Shown: positions 1-56,457, counted from the stretch's first letter. The stretch: DNA of 64,000 nucleotides from Chrysomallon squamiferum (GCA_012295275.1 CM022673.1:19902001-19966000); one strand, 5' to 3'. The notes: generated by a model from the sequence alone, not told the origin. Program-made: numbers and translations.

Positions 1-2060
1 TTGTAAATCAACAGAATCACAAAGAGAAAGACTTGATTTGTTCAGTGGAAATGGTTGTGAATCAATTTGGTGACTGTGTGTCAGCCACAAAATGTTAATG
101 ATAAAGGAGAAATGTTATTTACAGCAGTAATTTACGTTTTTCAAACATACTTAAAATGAATTAGAAACTATATCAGAAAATGATATTTTATGCTGTATTG
201 GATATTTTGTATTTTAAAAATCATGTAATATCTGAATGTATGTGGATCATATTCTAATTTAATCATCCTCAGTGTTTTCTGTCAGCTTTGAGGTTATTAA
301 TTTTTAGTGACAGATATTAATTGTCTAATTAGAATTTTCATCAGGGGATTTGTATTTGTATTATTTCTGAAGAATGATACTTAGTATAGTCTTTTGTTCT
401 GATACATTTCACTATTTGTAACAAATAGATGTTACATCCAGTCAAATCATTTAAATGAATAAAATGAAGTGATGTAATTTAGGCAAGTATTCAGTCCAGT
501 TATGCACTTAGTATTAGATATCAATAAGACAAAGAATATATTCACCTAAAGAAGTTTATTTATATCAATATTTCATAAGCAGTCCAAATCAAAACTTTTG
601 AAATAAACATTATATTAAAAAATGAGTAATTTATTTGAATATAGATGATGAAACATAAATTTTTTTCAAAAGATTAAAATATATTTAATAAAGAAATCAA
701 AATAACAACTAGTTCATTAAACTGATCATTAATAGCAGCAAACAGGATATAATTTCAATTTATATCTGTTTTGTCAAAGTTCACATACATGATAAATTAC
801 AAACATGGAGAACAATAGAACATGGCACTGTTTGTTTGAAACCTGTTGTTTGAATATGAATGTCAATTTGAAATAATTTTACTTAAGCTGGCCAAATGTT
901 TAAATGATGTTCAATGAATGAAATTACTAATATTGTATATTACTAATACAAAAAAATTAAGAGGCTGTTAGCAAGAGAGATTAAAACATGCTATTTGTTC
1001 CATATACAAAACTAGACTCTTGGAAACTTCTGAATCTTTTTATCTGCTGCTTTCAGATTGTGTAATTCATTGGTATTAGATTTAAGACTTCAAATCACTG
1101 AAATTGAGATAATCTTTACTAGCTATATTTGTCTTAACTTTCTGGATTTTAGAAAAATTTTCACTGACTGAATTTGAAATACATATATATTAACTAACTG
1201 GATTTAATATAACTCTTGATTTATATTGTTAAGTGTTGAAAGGTAGCTCGCCACTGTTTAATTATTTAATAATATTGTCATAGACAAAGTGTGAACTGAT
1301 CTGAGCATATGGTGTCAAACAGAAGTAGGCAGTGTGCAATAACCCACCAAACTTTAGTTAGGAATACATTTATGACAGGAACATACTATCAATAAGCAAT
1401 ATTTATCGAAATAAATATACTCATTCATCAGAAAGCAAATATACTTATTTCATACATATTATTTATCATGTAGATTTTAGACTGTTATTGTTGATACAAG
1501 TAAAATATTTGTAAATTGTTTTTCATGTATTTTTTTTTAAGTTGTAACAAGTACATATTTATAACTTTGTTTTCTGCATGAATTATAATACTATATTTGT
1601 TTATAGTTTCACTTCACCTCTAACAGGTTCTCACCTAAATCAAGTAAAATGAACAATGCCATGGTATCTATGCTGCATGAAAATTGTGGAGAAAGCATTT
1701 GATTTATTAAATGTATATTTTTGGTCAAAATTTGTGGATATATTGAAAAGATTCTTGTAAAAAAAATGAACAACAAAAACAACTGGTTTTTTGATAAAAC
1801 ACCCATTACATATTGGGTGATCAAGTTCCTTGATAAAGGATTGTCTAAATTGGGATAGTTTGATGCTATGATTATATGTGTGTACTTCAAAAGAGATTAG
1901 ATTAATTTAGCATGATAATGAAGTTTTGTACAATTATTAAAATACTGGGTAATAAACTTGTACCTTGTACTTTTTTATTACAGACACTTTCATACTTCCA
2001 TATAAGCATTGTTTGAGATAGAAAGTTTTCATTAGGTATGTCAAGAACAACTTACAAATA

Positions 2061-2099
<39 letters not shown>

Positions 2100-2661
2100 T
2101 CTACCTGTCTTTCATATCAGTATATATTGCATATTTCTGCATAATTGGTTTTCTAACAGTAAGCTTTATGATAAAAGCAGAAACAGTAATTCCCTAACAA
2201 GAAAAATGTATAGTTCTTTTTATTAATAATTCTGTTCATTTCTTATTTCGTCTTTTTTTATGTCTGTTTTCTTTCATTTTTACTTGTAGACATAAAACAA
2301 TATTTTACAAGACTGACTGAAGTTTTAAATGTGTAAAACTATATATAGTAATAAGAAATAAAAACATGAAATTATTTTTAATTCAAAATGAAATTTCTGC
2401 AGTTATGACAAGCAGTTTTATAATAATATGTGTGTATGTGTGCTAGTTAAGTTAGTCTGATGCTAATTGAGAATCTGGGCTGGGCTGTTTAATTATTTAA
2501 TTACAGTATCATTTTTGTATAATGTAGATGAGTAATGATTATCATTATTAATTCATGATTTTGTAAAATTATTTTCCAGAGATATTAGTAGTTAATCAAG
2601 TACAAGTGATTTATATTTTTCTGTCACCATTGATAAAAATTATAATAATTCTGTATATGTA

Positions 2662-2664
<3 letters not shown>

Positions 2665-2700
<36 letters not shown>

Positions 2701-2712
2701 CTATATATATAC

Positions 2713-2763
<51 letters not shown>
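2665..2763. repeat. Compound (TG)n/(TACA)n/(TA)n microsatellite
   Basis: Direct reading; further (TA)n at about 2066-2095 and 2904-2939. Confidence 0.95.
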
Positions 2764-2765
<2 letters not shown>

Positions 2766-2900
2766 AAAACAAGAATAAATAAATATTTCATTTGCATTTT
2801 GTGTTATTTATTACTTTTTATTATCAGGGTTATAACTATGCATCATTAAGTTTAATTTGCTTGTGTATATTGAAATGGACAGAGTAAAACTATTTTAAAA

Positions 2901-2944
<44 letters not shown>

Positions 2945-3369
2945 AAACAAAATTCTGAGTCTTACTGTTTTATTAAATCCAGTCAATGACAATATGCATA
3001 TGAATTACAGAGCTGAAAAGAAAGATTATTTTATGGACCTGTTATTTTCTTCATGTGCAGTTTTTTATGACAAGAGAATGTAAGTTAACTGTAAAGAGCA
3101 ACACCCATGAACACAGTGTAACAAGTATTCAGAGATTCATAAATTAATAAAATATTTTGAATAAAATATTTCAACAAGATTCACGTTACCTGGGTGGGAA
3201 CCTTGATTTATTAAAACGGGTCATTTTGCTAACTTGTTTTTTGTTTCATGATAAACATCATCCCAAAGAGGATACAAAAGAAGAAATTGCTGATAATCAT
3301 TTTTATATATTTTTTAATCCACAATTTTCATTCATCGTCGATTTTTTAAATAAAAATATCAACAATTGC

Positions 3370-3379
3370 GTGACGTCAC
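3370..3379. promoter_or_regulatory. Perfect cAMP response element (gTGACGTCAc)
   Basis: TGACGTCA at 3371-3378 within a 10-bp palindrome, 2.2 kb upstream of the AC ATG. Confidence 0.5.
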
Positions 3380-4625
3380 ATGGCAACTGGAAACTGCTTT
3401 TTAAAAAGGATAAATATTCAAACTAGATAAATAGACTAATTTATATATAGAAACATGGTTATTTTACTGAATTCAGTTTGTTGCAGTACAGATTTTCACG
3501 GATCCTTCTGAAAAATATTGGAACCTTTAAATAGCTGATAAAGAAGAAATCCACTTTGGATGGCAGCAAAGGCTTTGGATGATCGTGTTCTTAGTTTATT
3601 GGCCATGAACTATATACTTCACAACAGTTTAATGTATATATCGTATGACAGATTAAATATTTTCGAATGTTAAAAAGTTATTTCTGTTATGAACAAACAA
3701 CAACGGAAGAAGTTATAATGACAGAAGTGTTTTCTTATTTGTTCATATCATTACCGATATGAATAAAAATGACATGTAAGGGAAAAAATTCAGTGCAATG
3801 TTGTTGTTTTTATTAAAGAGTTGGCTCCCTTATTACATGGTTAAACAAAAATAAAGAAAGGTGAAAGAAAAATGCTGGATAATTTTTAAAGTCATTCGTC
3901 TTAAAACGTTAATAACTAACTCGAATTAAGTTATCATGGTAGTAGTTTTAACATTCTGTAATGGAATATATATGAATTAGTTAACATTAATATATTGTAA
4001 CTGCTGTATCTTATTTTCACTTTTGTCATGTTATAAATTAATACAGTAAATAATAACGATGAATACGTGAATAACAACTAATAATAATAACAATTATCAA
4101 TCACCACCAAAATAACAGCAATAACAAAACAAAATCAAGAACAAGAACAATTACAACAACAATAACACCACCACCACCACCAACAACAACGCTATGTGGC
4201 TAACTGGCATTTAACAACCTTGTTAAAATGTAATAATGGGCCTAGAGTTTTGACCAAATAGTTTTTGTTTCATTTAGATTTTTTTTTTATTTTTTTATTT
4301 TTTTTTATTTTATTTTTTTTCATCAACAGCCCCATTTCTTTCCGTTGCTTTTTATTTTTTATTTGAGTCTTTCTTCATTCAGTCCCTAAAACCCAATAGG
4401 TTTTATTACTATATTTTGAAACAATGCAGTCACGTAGACTCATTGATTTGAGAATTTCATGAAAAAAGTCTGCAACAGCTTGTCATATCACCGTTTGTCG
4501 TTCGTTTGTGATGTCAATTGAAGGTGTGTGTACCAGGTAACACGTGTATTATTTAAACAATTTTTTTTTTTCTTTAACTTTATCATAACTATGTGAATTT
4601 TGTATCGAAAATTGCTTTTTCAAAA

Positions 4626-4661
<36 letters not shown>

Positions 4662-4923
4662 CTAAATAAATAACTAATTAAATATAATGAAGTACAGTTG
4701 TGCTTTAATTCAACTTCATGTACATAAACAGCCTTATAACTTATTTTTGTTAGACATCAATATATATATATTTAGTATTTATTTATTTTATAATAATATT
4801 GTATTTAAATAAATATTATGTAAGATACTGAAGATTTTAATTAACGTGATACTTTATGAATGGTTGTTTTCAGGTGTAACAGACATTGGCAGTTATTCAT
4901 AATTTAATTTTTAAATTTTTAAA

Positions 4924-4960
<37 letters not shown>

Positions 4961-5149
4961 TAAATACAAACCAGGCAGTCATAAAAACAAGTTTATTTAA
5001 TTATCATCTTCAACGATATAAATAATAAATAATCACAGTACATAATGATAATTGTAGTAAGTAAAGCATTCTTGATATAAAGTAATGGCTTGTTTTAAGT
5101 TCACTTCATTTGCCTATTCATTACTCCACAGTAACAGTCTAGTTTGAAC

Positions 5150-5575
5150 TTCATGCTAAGGTCAGCTTGCGTTGTAAGAAGTAATGCTGTAACCGGCTGT
5201 ACTCCTATATTTCTGTCATGGTGTACCATCTGTGGTTCAGCGCCCATTAAATGTGAATCGTGTCGGCGATGGCTGTGAACACAGCTCTTAGAAAATTCAT
5301 AGCGGCGTTCGGCAAAGCGGTAAGATGAAACCCAGACTTTGGTTGTTGCCCCCGTGACGTCACGTTCTATTTTCAGCTGCCCAAGTAATCGAGAGATGGG
5401 ACCGAAGCGCATCGCCTTCCCGGCTTACGCAGATATAAGTTCTAACTGCCTCTCCGAAAACATTCACAAAGGAAAACAGTAACTGTAAATTGTGGATTTT
5501 TACATTGCGAGTGAACGGCGTTTTTAATATATATCGGAAAGTTTTTCTTTAGACATAATTCCGATTCCATTCCAA
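5150..5575 (+). promoter_or_regulatory. Putative AC promoter: CpG/GC-rich island, perfect CRE, TATA-like box
   Basis: 12-bp palindrome CGTGACGTCACG at 5353-5364; TATAAG at 5434-5439; local CpG enrichment just upstream of ATG 5576. Confidence 0.65.
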
Positions 5576-48941
<43,366 letters not shown>

Positions 48942-49059
48942 CTTAACCAATTTGCAATCCACGATGGCGTGTATTTAAAACCCAGCAAGCGTGACATTTA
49001 ATTGAAACATAAGTTATGCAAACTATGTAGAAATTCGTTTGTATTTTGACATTACATTT

Positions 49060-49065
49060 AATAAA
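49060..49065 (+). other. First candidate polyadenylation signal after the AC stop
   Basis: AATAAA 119 nt after TGA; others exist downstream (e.g. 50990), so the true 3-prime end is unknown. Confidence 0.3.
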
Positions 49066-49336
49066 TTGTTCTAAACAAATGAGTTTACGTAGAAATATTT
49101 CAGGAATCAGTATTAAATATTTAATTTGAAACCAGTTCTTGTTACATTGCTGCTTAGGGCAAAGTGGGCAAATGTACCCTGTTACGTCACTATTTGTCAT
49201 CCGGTGGTTCAGTTGTCTAGTCGGATTGCAAGCTGTGCAGTGACAATGTACCTTTGTTTTCTTCCTCTTTACAAAGGTAAACACATAACCCATCTTAAGG
49301 GACCGTTTGTACACTTCAGCATAGTGGGGCCAGATC

Positions 49337-49617
49337 TCAGAAATCGGAAATCCGAAACTTTTTCAGTTCAGCAGAAATATCTTAGTTTTCTGACTTTTTT
49401 GCATGTAGAAACCATATTTTATGCATAAAATAATAAGAATATTATTTAAAAGATACTGCAGACTATCTGTGTAAGCTTTATATGAAAAATAAATGGAATT
49501 CATATTTAGACGTAGATTCTGTTCTGATGCGATCTCTTTATATTCCAAAATCTGAAATATTCCGAAATCCGAAACACTTCCGGTTCCAAGCATTTTGGAT
49601 AAAGGATTCTCAACCTG
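49337..49617. mobile_element. Tigger4/Zombi-like terminal fragment
   Basis: Reverse complement begins CAGGTTGAGAATCCTTTATCCAAAATGCTTGGAACCGGAAGTGTTTCGGATTTCGG, close to the Tigger4 terminus as I recall it. Confidence 0.7.
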
Positions 49618-50109
49618 TGTGTGTGTGTGTCCTGAATATGACAAAACCCGAAATTCGAATATTTTTATGTTAACTAGAAAACATTACTGTGTAATGTTCA
49701 AGTATTACTGATTATAAATCAATCGTTAAATCGTCCAGTTCCTCTATTATACAGGAATCCTAATCACTCGTGAAGTGTTTAACAAACAGCAAAACTTTTT
49801 AGTGTCTTCTTTCCATTTTCAGAAAACTGTTGAAATAATGGCAGTATATGTGCCATTCTAATGATGGAATAATTCTACTGAATTACATCGGGATATTGTG
49901 AACGTGGCTACCTGAAGTGAAATGAAGTAGCGGAAACGGTCGTTTAAAAAAAAGAAGAACGAAAACAACAAATTCCAGTAATTTAAAAAAAAATTTAGGT
50001 GTTGCTTTTTAAAGTAGATATTCAAGACATTCATTGAATCATTTATGCAATGCAGAATCTAGAAGTATTTGAAGATAATTATGATTTAGAAAATATGTTA
50101 AAAATATTA

Positions 50110-50800
50110 CCAGTCTTAAACCTAAACCTAAGTTTAATCCTAACCTTAACACTACGTTTATAGCATTAAATCTTACATCAACGTATGACCATATCGTAAC
50201 CCCTAATCCTAATGTGACCTATAATCCTAAACCAACCCAGTCCTCGCTTTGAACCTTAAGCGTTTCTCAAACCATCATAATTAACTAAACCTACTGTAAT
50301 TTTCACTCTTTTCCTAAAACCGACCCTAATAACCAAGTTTAAAAAAAAAAGAAAAAAAGTGTAATAATAAAAAACCATTTAAAAATTAAAAACATTTCTT
50401 TAAATAAATTGACATTTAAAAATATCCTAACCCTAATATATACCCCTAATCCTAACCTAATTTTAACCATAAGGCTAAAACCTAACCTTAAAAATAACTT
50501 CTTTTTTTCCCCCTAGTACTGACCCTAACCGTTACCACGATCAGAGAAAAAAAAAAAAAAAAAAAAACATTCTTCTGATAAACTCATATTTAAATCTATA
50601 CCTGACCTTAACCTTTACCCTTATCCTCGCCCTAGTCCTAAAGCTCCTATTAACATTGTTTAAAACTGACCATGCAATATCTTTATATACAAAGTTTTTT
50701 TAGATAAACTTGTTAAAACTATTTCAAAACTTTAAACATAGCCCTAATGTTAACCCTAAAACTAACCTTTCAGATCTAACACACACTAACCCGTACCCAA
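50110..50800 (+). repeat. Degenerate (CCCTAA/CCTAAC)-rich telomere-like tract
   Basis: Many CCTAAC/CCCTAA/CCTAAT/CCTTAA units, all on one strand, separated by A-runs. Confidence 0.7.
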
Positions 50801-52299
50801 GAGTTTAGCCCAGAAGTTCTTTGTAACAGCGTCAAAAATACATCTGCTAGAGCCTCAACCATTTTACCTACCATAGCCTTCGAAGCATCGATGTACTGAA
50901 TCAAATTCTTCAGATATTTTATAACATGCATTGATTGTTTTTAATATAAGAATTTATCACTGAAACGTTTGAAATTTTTCTGCAGACACAATAAAAGCAC
51001 TTTACAGTTTTGCTACTGGCCTCTGTGCATTCAGAATAATATTATGATTCAAAATTTGTTATTATTATGCAACCATTTAGATAATTTCATGTTGGAGTTG
51101 GCATAATAGTTGGGTGAATTATTAACGGTTATAAAACCGAGGAAAAGATGTTCATCATGACATTTGCAATCTCTGCTGATACTTTCATCCACTTTATTGG
51201 AATTAGTATTAGTCGCTTTCTTTCTAACAGGAACATTTCCGGTTTCTGACAAGCTGGTTTTGAAAGTAACTAAATTATATAGAATGCTGAAGTAACTCTT
51301 GTATCTTTCTTATTAAGTTAATAATCCATTATTTGAAGTAAGAAAAAAAGAAATTAAAGAAGAAACCACGTATAAAACATTCCAGTCAAATAATTTTAAA
51401 CTGCATAATACTGAAGTTACTAGAATTAAAATTTACTTTGTGTCGACTTTTAGAACTAAACAATGAAATCGACTGTTCATGAATTCAGTTAATTTTATAA
51501 CGATGGCCAGCAAAAATGGCAAAATTATAATTCAGACCAACTAAAAATCCTTCTTGGATCTACTCACCTATTTGGTAGGGAAAAACTTAAGGATCTGGCT
51601 CATGGATTAGTAAAGACGATTAGAAATCTTTTGATGAAGATCTAATTTAATTTTTTTTATGTATCAGGTTGTCATGACGATTCTGTTATTGAAAACTATT
51701 TTTAAATCCAATTGTATATCAGCAGTACCTTTAACACCTAATATTTCTAAAATTTCCATATCAAAGTTTGATATTTAACGTATAAGCATGTCAATACTTA
51801 AATAAAGAAAATTATATTTTTATTTTTATTAATTTATTTAGTTTTTAGTTTTTGTTTTATGCGATCTATTATCGCTCAGAAAAACGTTATAACGTAAAAG
51901 ATGTCGCTCCTCCTTGTATGCGACGACTTCATTAAAGAAAAATCGCAGTTATTTTTAAACTGTAGTTTTTTCTTGTTATGTTTAATTATATAGTAAATAA
52001 ATAAATATCTGGGAAATTAACAAATACATTTATATTATTTTTTCTTCACTATTTCTAAAACAAGTCTGAAAATACCACAAACGCAGTGTTCAGATCTATT
52101 TTTATTGAAATATCGTGCACACAACAAATCGTATCAGACTGGATTAATATTAGATAATTCACTTTGACAAGATGGAACATTTTCCTGTTAATCACTAGAT
52201 GAACATTCATTAATCTCTGTTGTTTATCGTGTGCATAGCTGAAAGTAAATCAGTCCGATAAAATACGTCTTCTCGTCGTCGTTAGCCTCTTACGAACAT

Positions 52300-52333
52300 C
52301 TACGAAATCCATTTTCGTCTGATACGCATATGC
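52300..52333 (-). CDS. Unknown - strand gene: terminal coding exon (W-HMRIRRKWIS*; alternative frame G-ICVSDENGFRRCS* ending 52290)
   Basis: tctcgctctgctcttcag| acceptor; AATAAA on - strand at 52101-52106. Confidence 0.5.
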
Positions 52334-52636
52334 CTGAAGAGCAGAGCGAGAATTATTCACTAGACATTTTCATTCATGTAATCATTATAATTTCTGCACA
52401 CAAATACTCACATTTTCTTTTACAAAGTTATAGAATAATAATTTAAAAAAAAATACAAACAAATAAAAATTAAGAACATAAGAAAGAATATTACTGAAGT
52501 GTTGTCCGTTTGTTCTATTTACTTAGTGAACTGAAATAATAATACTTTAATGTGTATCAAAGTTGTATTAAAAAAAAGAGAAAACCACAACAATAACAGT
52601 AATAAATATTGTTAACTTTCATCTCTAAATACATAC

Positions 52637-52795
52637 CAAACGTTTTTATTTCCTTGCTTAATACATTTCGCCAGGGCATTCGATTTCTCAGATGTCTTAT
52701 AAAATCGTATAGCCTCACTAATACAGTTAGAAGTGGCCCGCCTGACTGGTACGTCATATCTGCTTTTTGGATAAAATTTGGCGCCATTCCAGTAT
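52637..52795 (-). CDS. Unknown - strand gene: 159-nt exon, open in two frames
   Basis: ctaaatctgtttttcttttatctacag| and TTG|gtatgt. Confidence 0.6.
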
Positions 52796-53779
52796 CTGTA
52801 GATAAAAGAAAAACAGATTTAGCTCACAATAGTGCAAAATAAAAACTCGTTATTACAGATCATTCTATGTCTTAAGATAGTCAGATAATACTTTTTAGTT
52901 TCAAATTAAAGTCCAAATTACCAAATAAAATCTTTTTTTATTCCCTTTCCCCCAAAAAAACCCCACACCAAAAAAAAAAAAAAAAAAAAAACCGGTTCAT
53001 GTTGCAAATATGAAAAAGAACGAAATGTTTTATTCGACCCATTCAATAATTATTTGTTAATTACAGTTATGCCTTAACTTCTAGTGTAAACTTCAATATC
53101 ATGCAGTTTAAAATTATTTTATTGGAATGTTTTATATGTAGTTTCTCCTTTATTTTGTTTTGTTTTACTGTATTGTGTGTGTGTGCGTAATATATTTTTA
53201 AGTAACAACCAAAAAAGACATGCAATTAAAGTCAGCACCAAAGGTTTAAAAATGCTGATAATGCTTATGCTAATAATAATGCTAATAATAATGATAAACA
53301 AATAAATAAATAAATAAATAAACAAATAACGAGGCGATGAATGGGGAAACGAAGGTACAACTGAAAGTTAAATGAAATTATGTTAGCGAACAAGGGGTGA
53401 CAAATAGTGCACAAAGTATAAACTCTTTGACGACAATTCATGACGTTACAGTGCATGTCCATCCAGGCGTATGAGTAGCATACAACACAAATATTTTGTT
53501 CAAAAATGTGTATGCATATGATAGGATATAAAATGTTACCAACAGTATGTAATATAAAACTGCATAATTTGCGAAAATCCATTTCAAAAGCTACAAATAT
53601 GAAGAAAAACCACCACAACAACAGAAATTTAAATTTAATTAAAAAAAGAAAGAAAGAAAGAATGAAAGAAGAAATAAACAAAACACAAAACAACGTGCAA
53701 CAAACGAAACGAACAACAATTTTATATATATTTTTATTATTATTATTATTTTATATTTTTTTTTTTTTTTTTTATTTTA

Positions 53780-53810
<31 letters not shown>

Positions 53811-54104
53811 TATTATTATTATTTAGTTATTTATTAATTTACTAATTTATTTATTTATTTTAACTGATTAATAGTAATAACTGTTTTGAGGAAATAACAT
53901 AATAATTATGGCTTAACAGTTTCAGTCTGATCATTATATATGAGCATAGATATATAAACCTTGCCGCTTAATTCGTTTTCCCCACTGGCGCTGCAGATGC
54001 TAGTTTAATCTCATTAACGTCTTTGACCATCTGTTTGCTTTTAACCGCCATTTAAAGTTTTATCACGAGGACACTTATTTTTTAAAATAGAAGCTGCATC
54101 ATAC

Positions 54105-54134
54105 CGCAACAATAAAAGAATAGCATGATGACAC
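54105..54134 (-). CDS. Unknown - strand gene: optional 30-nt exon (CHHAILLLL in phase 2)
   Basis: cattttccag| and GCG|gtatga; frame-preserving; all frames open, so weak support. Confidence 0.3.
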
Positions 54135-55257
54135 CTGGAAAATGGCCACATATATTAAGAAAATTTTATAAACGTGAATAATACGCTATAATTTAAACAA
54201 CAACATCTGTAAATGTATTCTTTGTATGTAAAACAGAATGCAGTATATTCTCATCAGATTAAAGTTACAATTTATCAAGGTATTCCAGCCAACTCAATTA
54301 CTCGACTTGAAGAATGCATCTACTGGCTGATTAGTATAGCCACTTTGATAAAAAAAAAACAAAAAAAAACGAAAATCATATATTTCGTTTCGTAAATTTA
54401 TTACAGCACAACAACAACAACAATATAATTAGCCCAACACGTAAGATCACATAAAAAAAGAATTATTGTTTATATACTACAGCTTAGGAGAATAAACAAA
54501 AAAGTACATTAGATTAAGGAATGAATTTTCATAATTATATCACTTAGAAATTTCATTCTCGCACCACAAAGACATTCATCAAAGAATTTAAGAACAAAAA
54601 AAACCCCCAAAAATCCGAAGTTTTAAAAATGTAAACATTAACACTGGAACTAAAATTAAAATTTTATATACTGGTATCTCTTTTTTAACGCAATTTCATT
54701 TTCGCGGTATTTGATTAACTTGGTAATCATTAATTGCAACCATCCCTTGACGTGCAAGGTTAAAAGAAATCTGTGTCGTTAGCGGCTTTATTGGTCTTTA
54801 AACAGCAGCCACTGAGAACACTAACTACACATTTTAATTTTTACTAAAAAAACAATTCTAAAAATACTACCCTTGACGATGCCTACGAAGAATGAAGGTG
54901 TAAAGGAAAATAAATACAATAAACTAAAAAAAATTAATAATTAAAAAAAAAAAAAAAAGACATTACCTACTTCAGATATAATTAAAGGATTTGAAGATTT
55001 TCATAATTCTGAGCTGGTTAATCAGTAAATAATGAACCTTTTTATTTTCCTTTCAAGATAAGTAAAATAAGTACATATTTTTCTGTGTCAACATTCGATC
55101 AAGGATCAATTATACACTTTACCAATAATGATTAATGCGATTTGAATAAGCCAGAGTATTCTGTCGTTCTCCGCAAGTGATAGGTTGATGTCGGTTTTGT
55201 TTGGCTAATGTATGCCAGCAGTAAACTTGCAACTATTTCGCCGGCTAGTATACTTAC

Positions 55258-55329
55258 CTGAAAATAATTTTGACTTTACATTCCTTTATATCGGTCATTT
55301 TCAAGTTCGCTGGTTCCATTAAAAAGTAC
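55258..55329 (-). CDS. Unknown - strand gene: 72-nt exon (YFLMEPANLKMTDIKECKVKIIF)
   Basis: actgccag| (modest) and CAG|gtaagt; only the phase 2 to 2 frame is open. Confidence 0.5.
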
Positions 55330-55997
55330 CTGGCAGTTGTACATAACACATGCAGCAAAAAGTAATTTGGCCAGGTTTGAATCGATCTGAAGTGTGACGT
55401 AACGGTCAGCTGATCAACACGTGACAGCTTTGAAGGTCGATTTATGCAAGAGGTCGCCTCAAAATAGTAAAAGATGCAAGATACCGTGTCGGCTCGAGTG
55501 GTAGAAAATCACATTTTTGTTGTACCGGTGCATAGAAACGATAGTTTGGTTTAAATGTTTTGGATTGCAGTATGTGTTTTTATTTGTTTTTTTTATTTAT
55601 TTAACCCACAAAATAAGATGTCTCTTCCAAATATTTATCCAAGCATAGATTCAAGTGAGTTAAATCAGTAACAGTTATTTAACGTTTTAAACAGATTTAC
55701 ATCTCATTTTCAAAATGTATTAGTCTGTTATATGGTAAAAAAAAAAAAAAAAAAAAAAATTGTAATTGATGTCTAGAATAAGTCCCTTTTGGAAATTAGG
55801 ATGAATTAGAAATGTATATTCGTCAATAGTTACTAAACACAAGTGTAATAGTAGTTACACCTTACTGATTTTATTTCTTACTCATCATTTACATTTCTAG
55901 TATGAAAATTACTAATATTTCAGACAATTAATAATGATAATAAAATGTTTCAAAGATATAGAATTTTCTTACTTATAAAATCACTTGAGATACTTAC

Positions 55998-56025
55998 GGT
56001 GAAGGATCATTGCAACAGATTTTTT
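55998..56025 (-). CDS. Unknown - strand gene: 28-nt exon (K-KICCNDPS-P)
   Basis: tctgttactttcag| and |gtaagt; phase 1 to 2. Confidence 0.55.
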
Positions 56026-56457
56026 CTGAAAGTAACAGATACAATTACATCTAATTCTTTATATGATCTGTGTAGATCCTCAGATGTTTTTAAAACTTAG
56101 ATCTCAAATCAGTTCATGCAACAATCATGCTTTTATCACGTAACTCATGCTAGTACTTTTTATCCTTTCTCTCTAACTTCCGAAATTAATTAAATTATTC
56201 CGTCAAGATTTTTAATTAAAAATATTTAAAAAAATAATTTATTTTAATTATATGTGTAAATTCATGCAGCATGCAGATACTTTGTATATTTTAAATGCAG
56301 AAGAATAATTTTAATTTTATTTATGGCTAGAACACTGTGGATACATGCAAATACGTGTTACTGTAATATGTGATACAAAGAAATGTATATTTTGTGTTGT
56401 CCTTGAACATACATATCTGAGTATCATTCATATCACTGACTTGGACATCTAACTCAC

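Noticed and set aside
48943-49673. ORFs just downstream of the AC stop
   Set aside because: 3-prime UTR and TE sequence, with no splice or motif support.
55245-55275. tttcag|gtaagt on the - strand as a recursive (ratchet) splice site
   Set aside because: Better explained as the donor of the 72-nt exon, which is open in the required phase.
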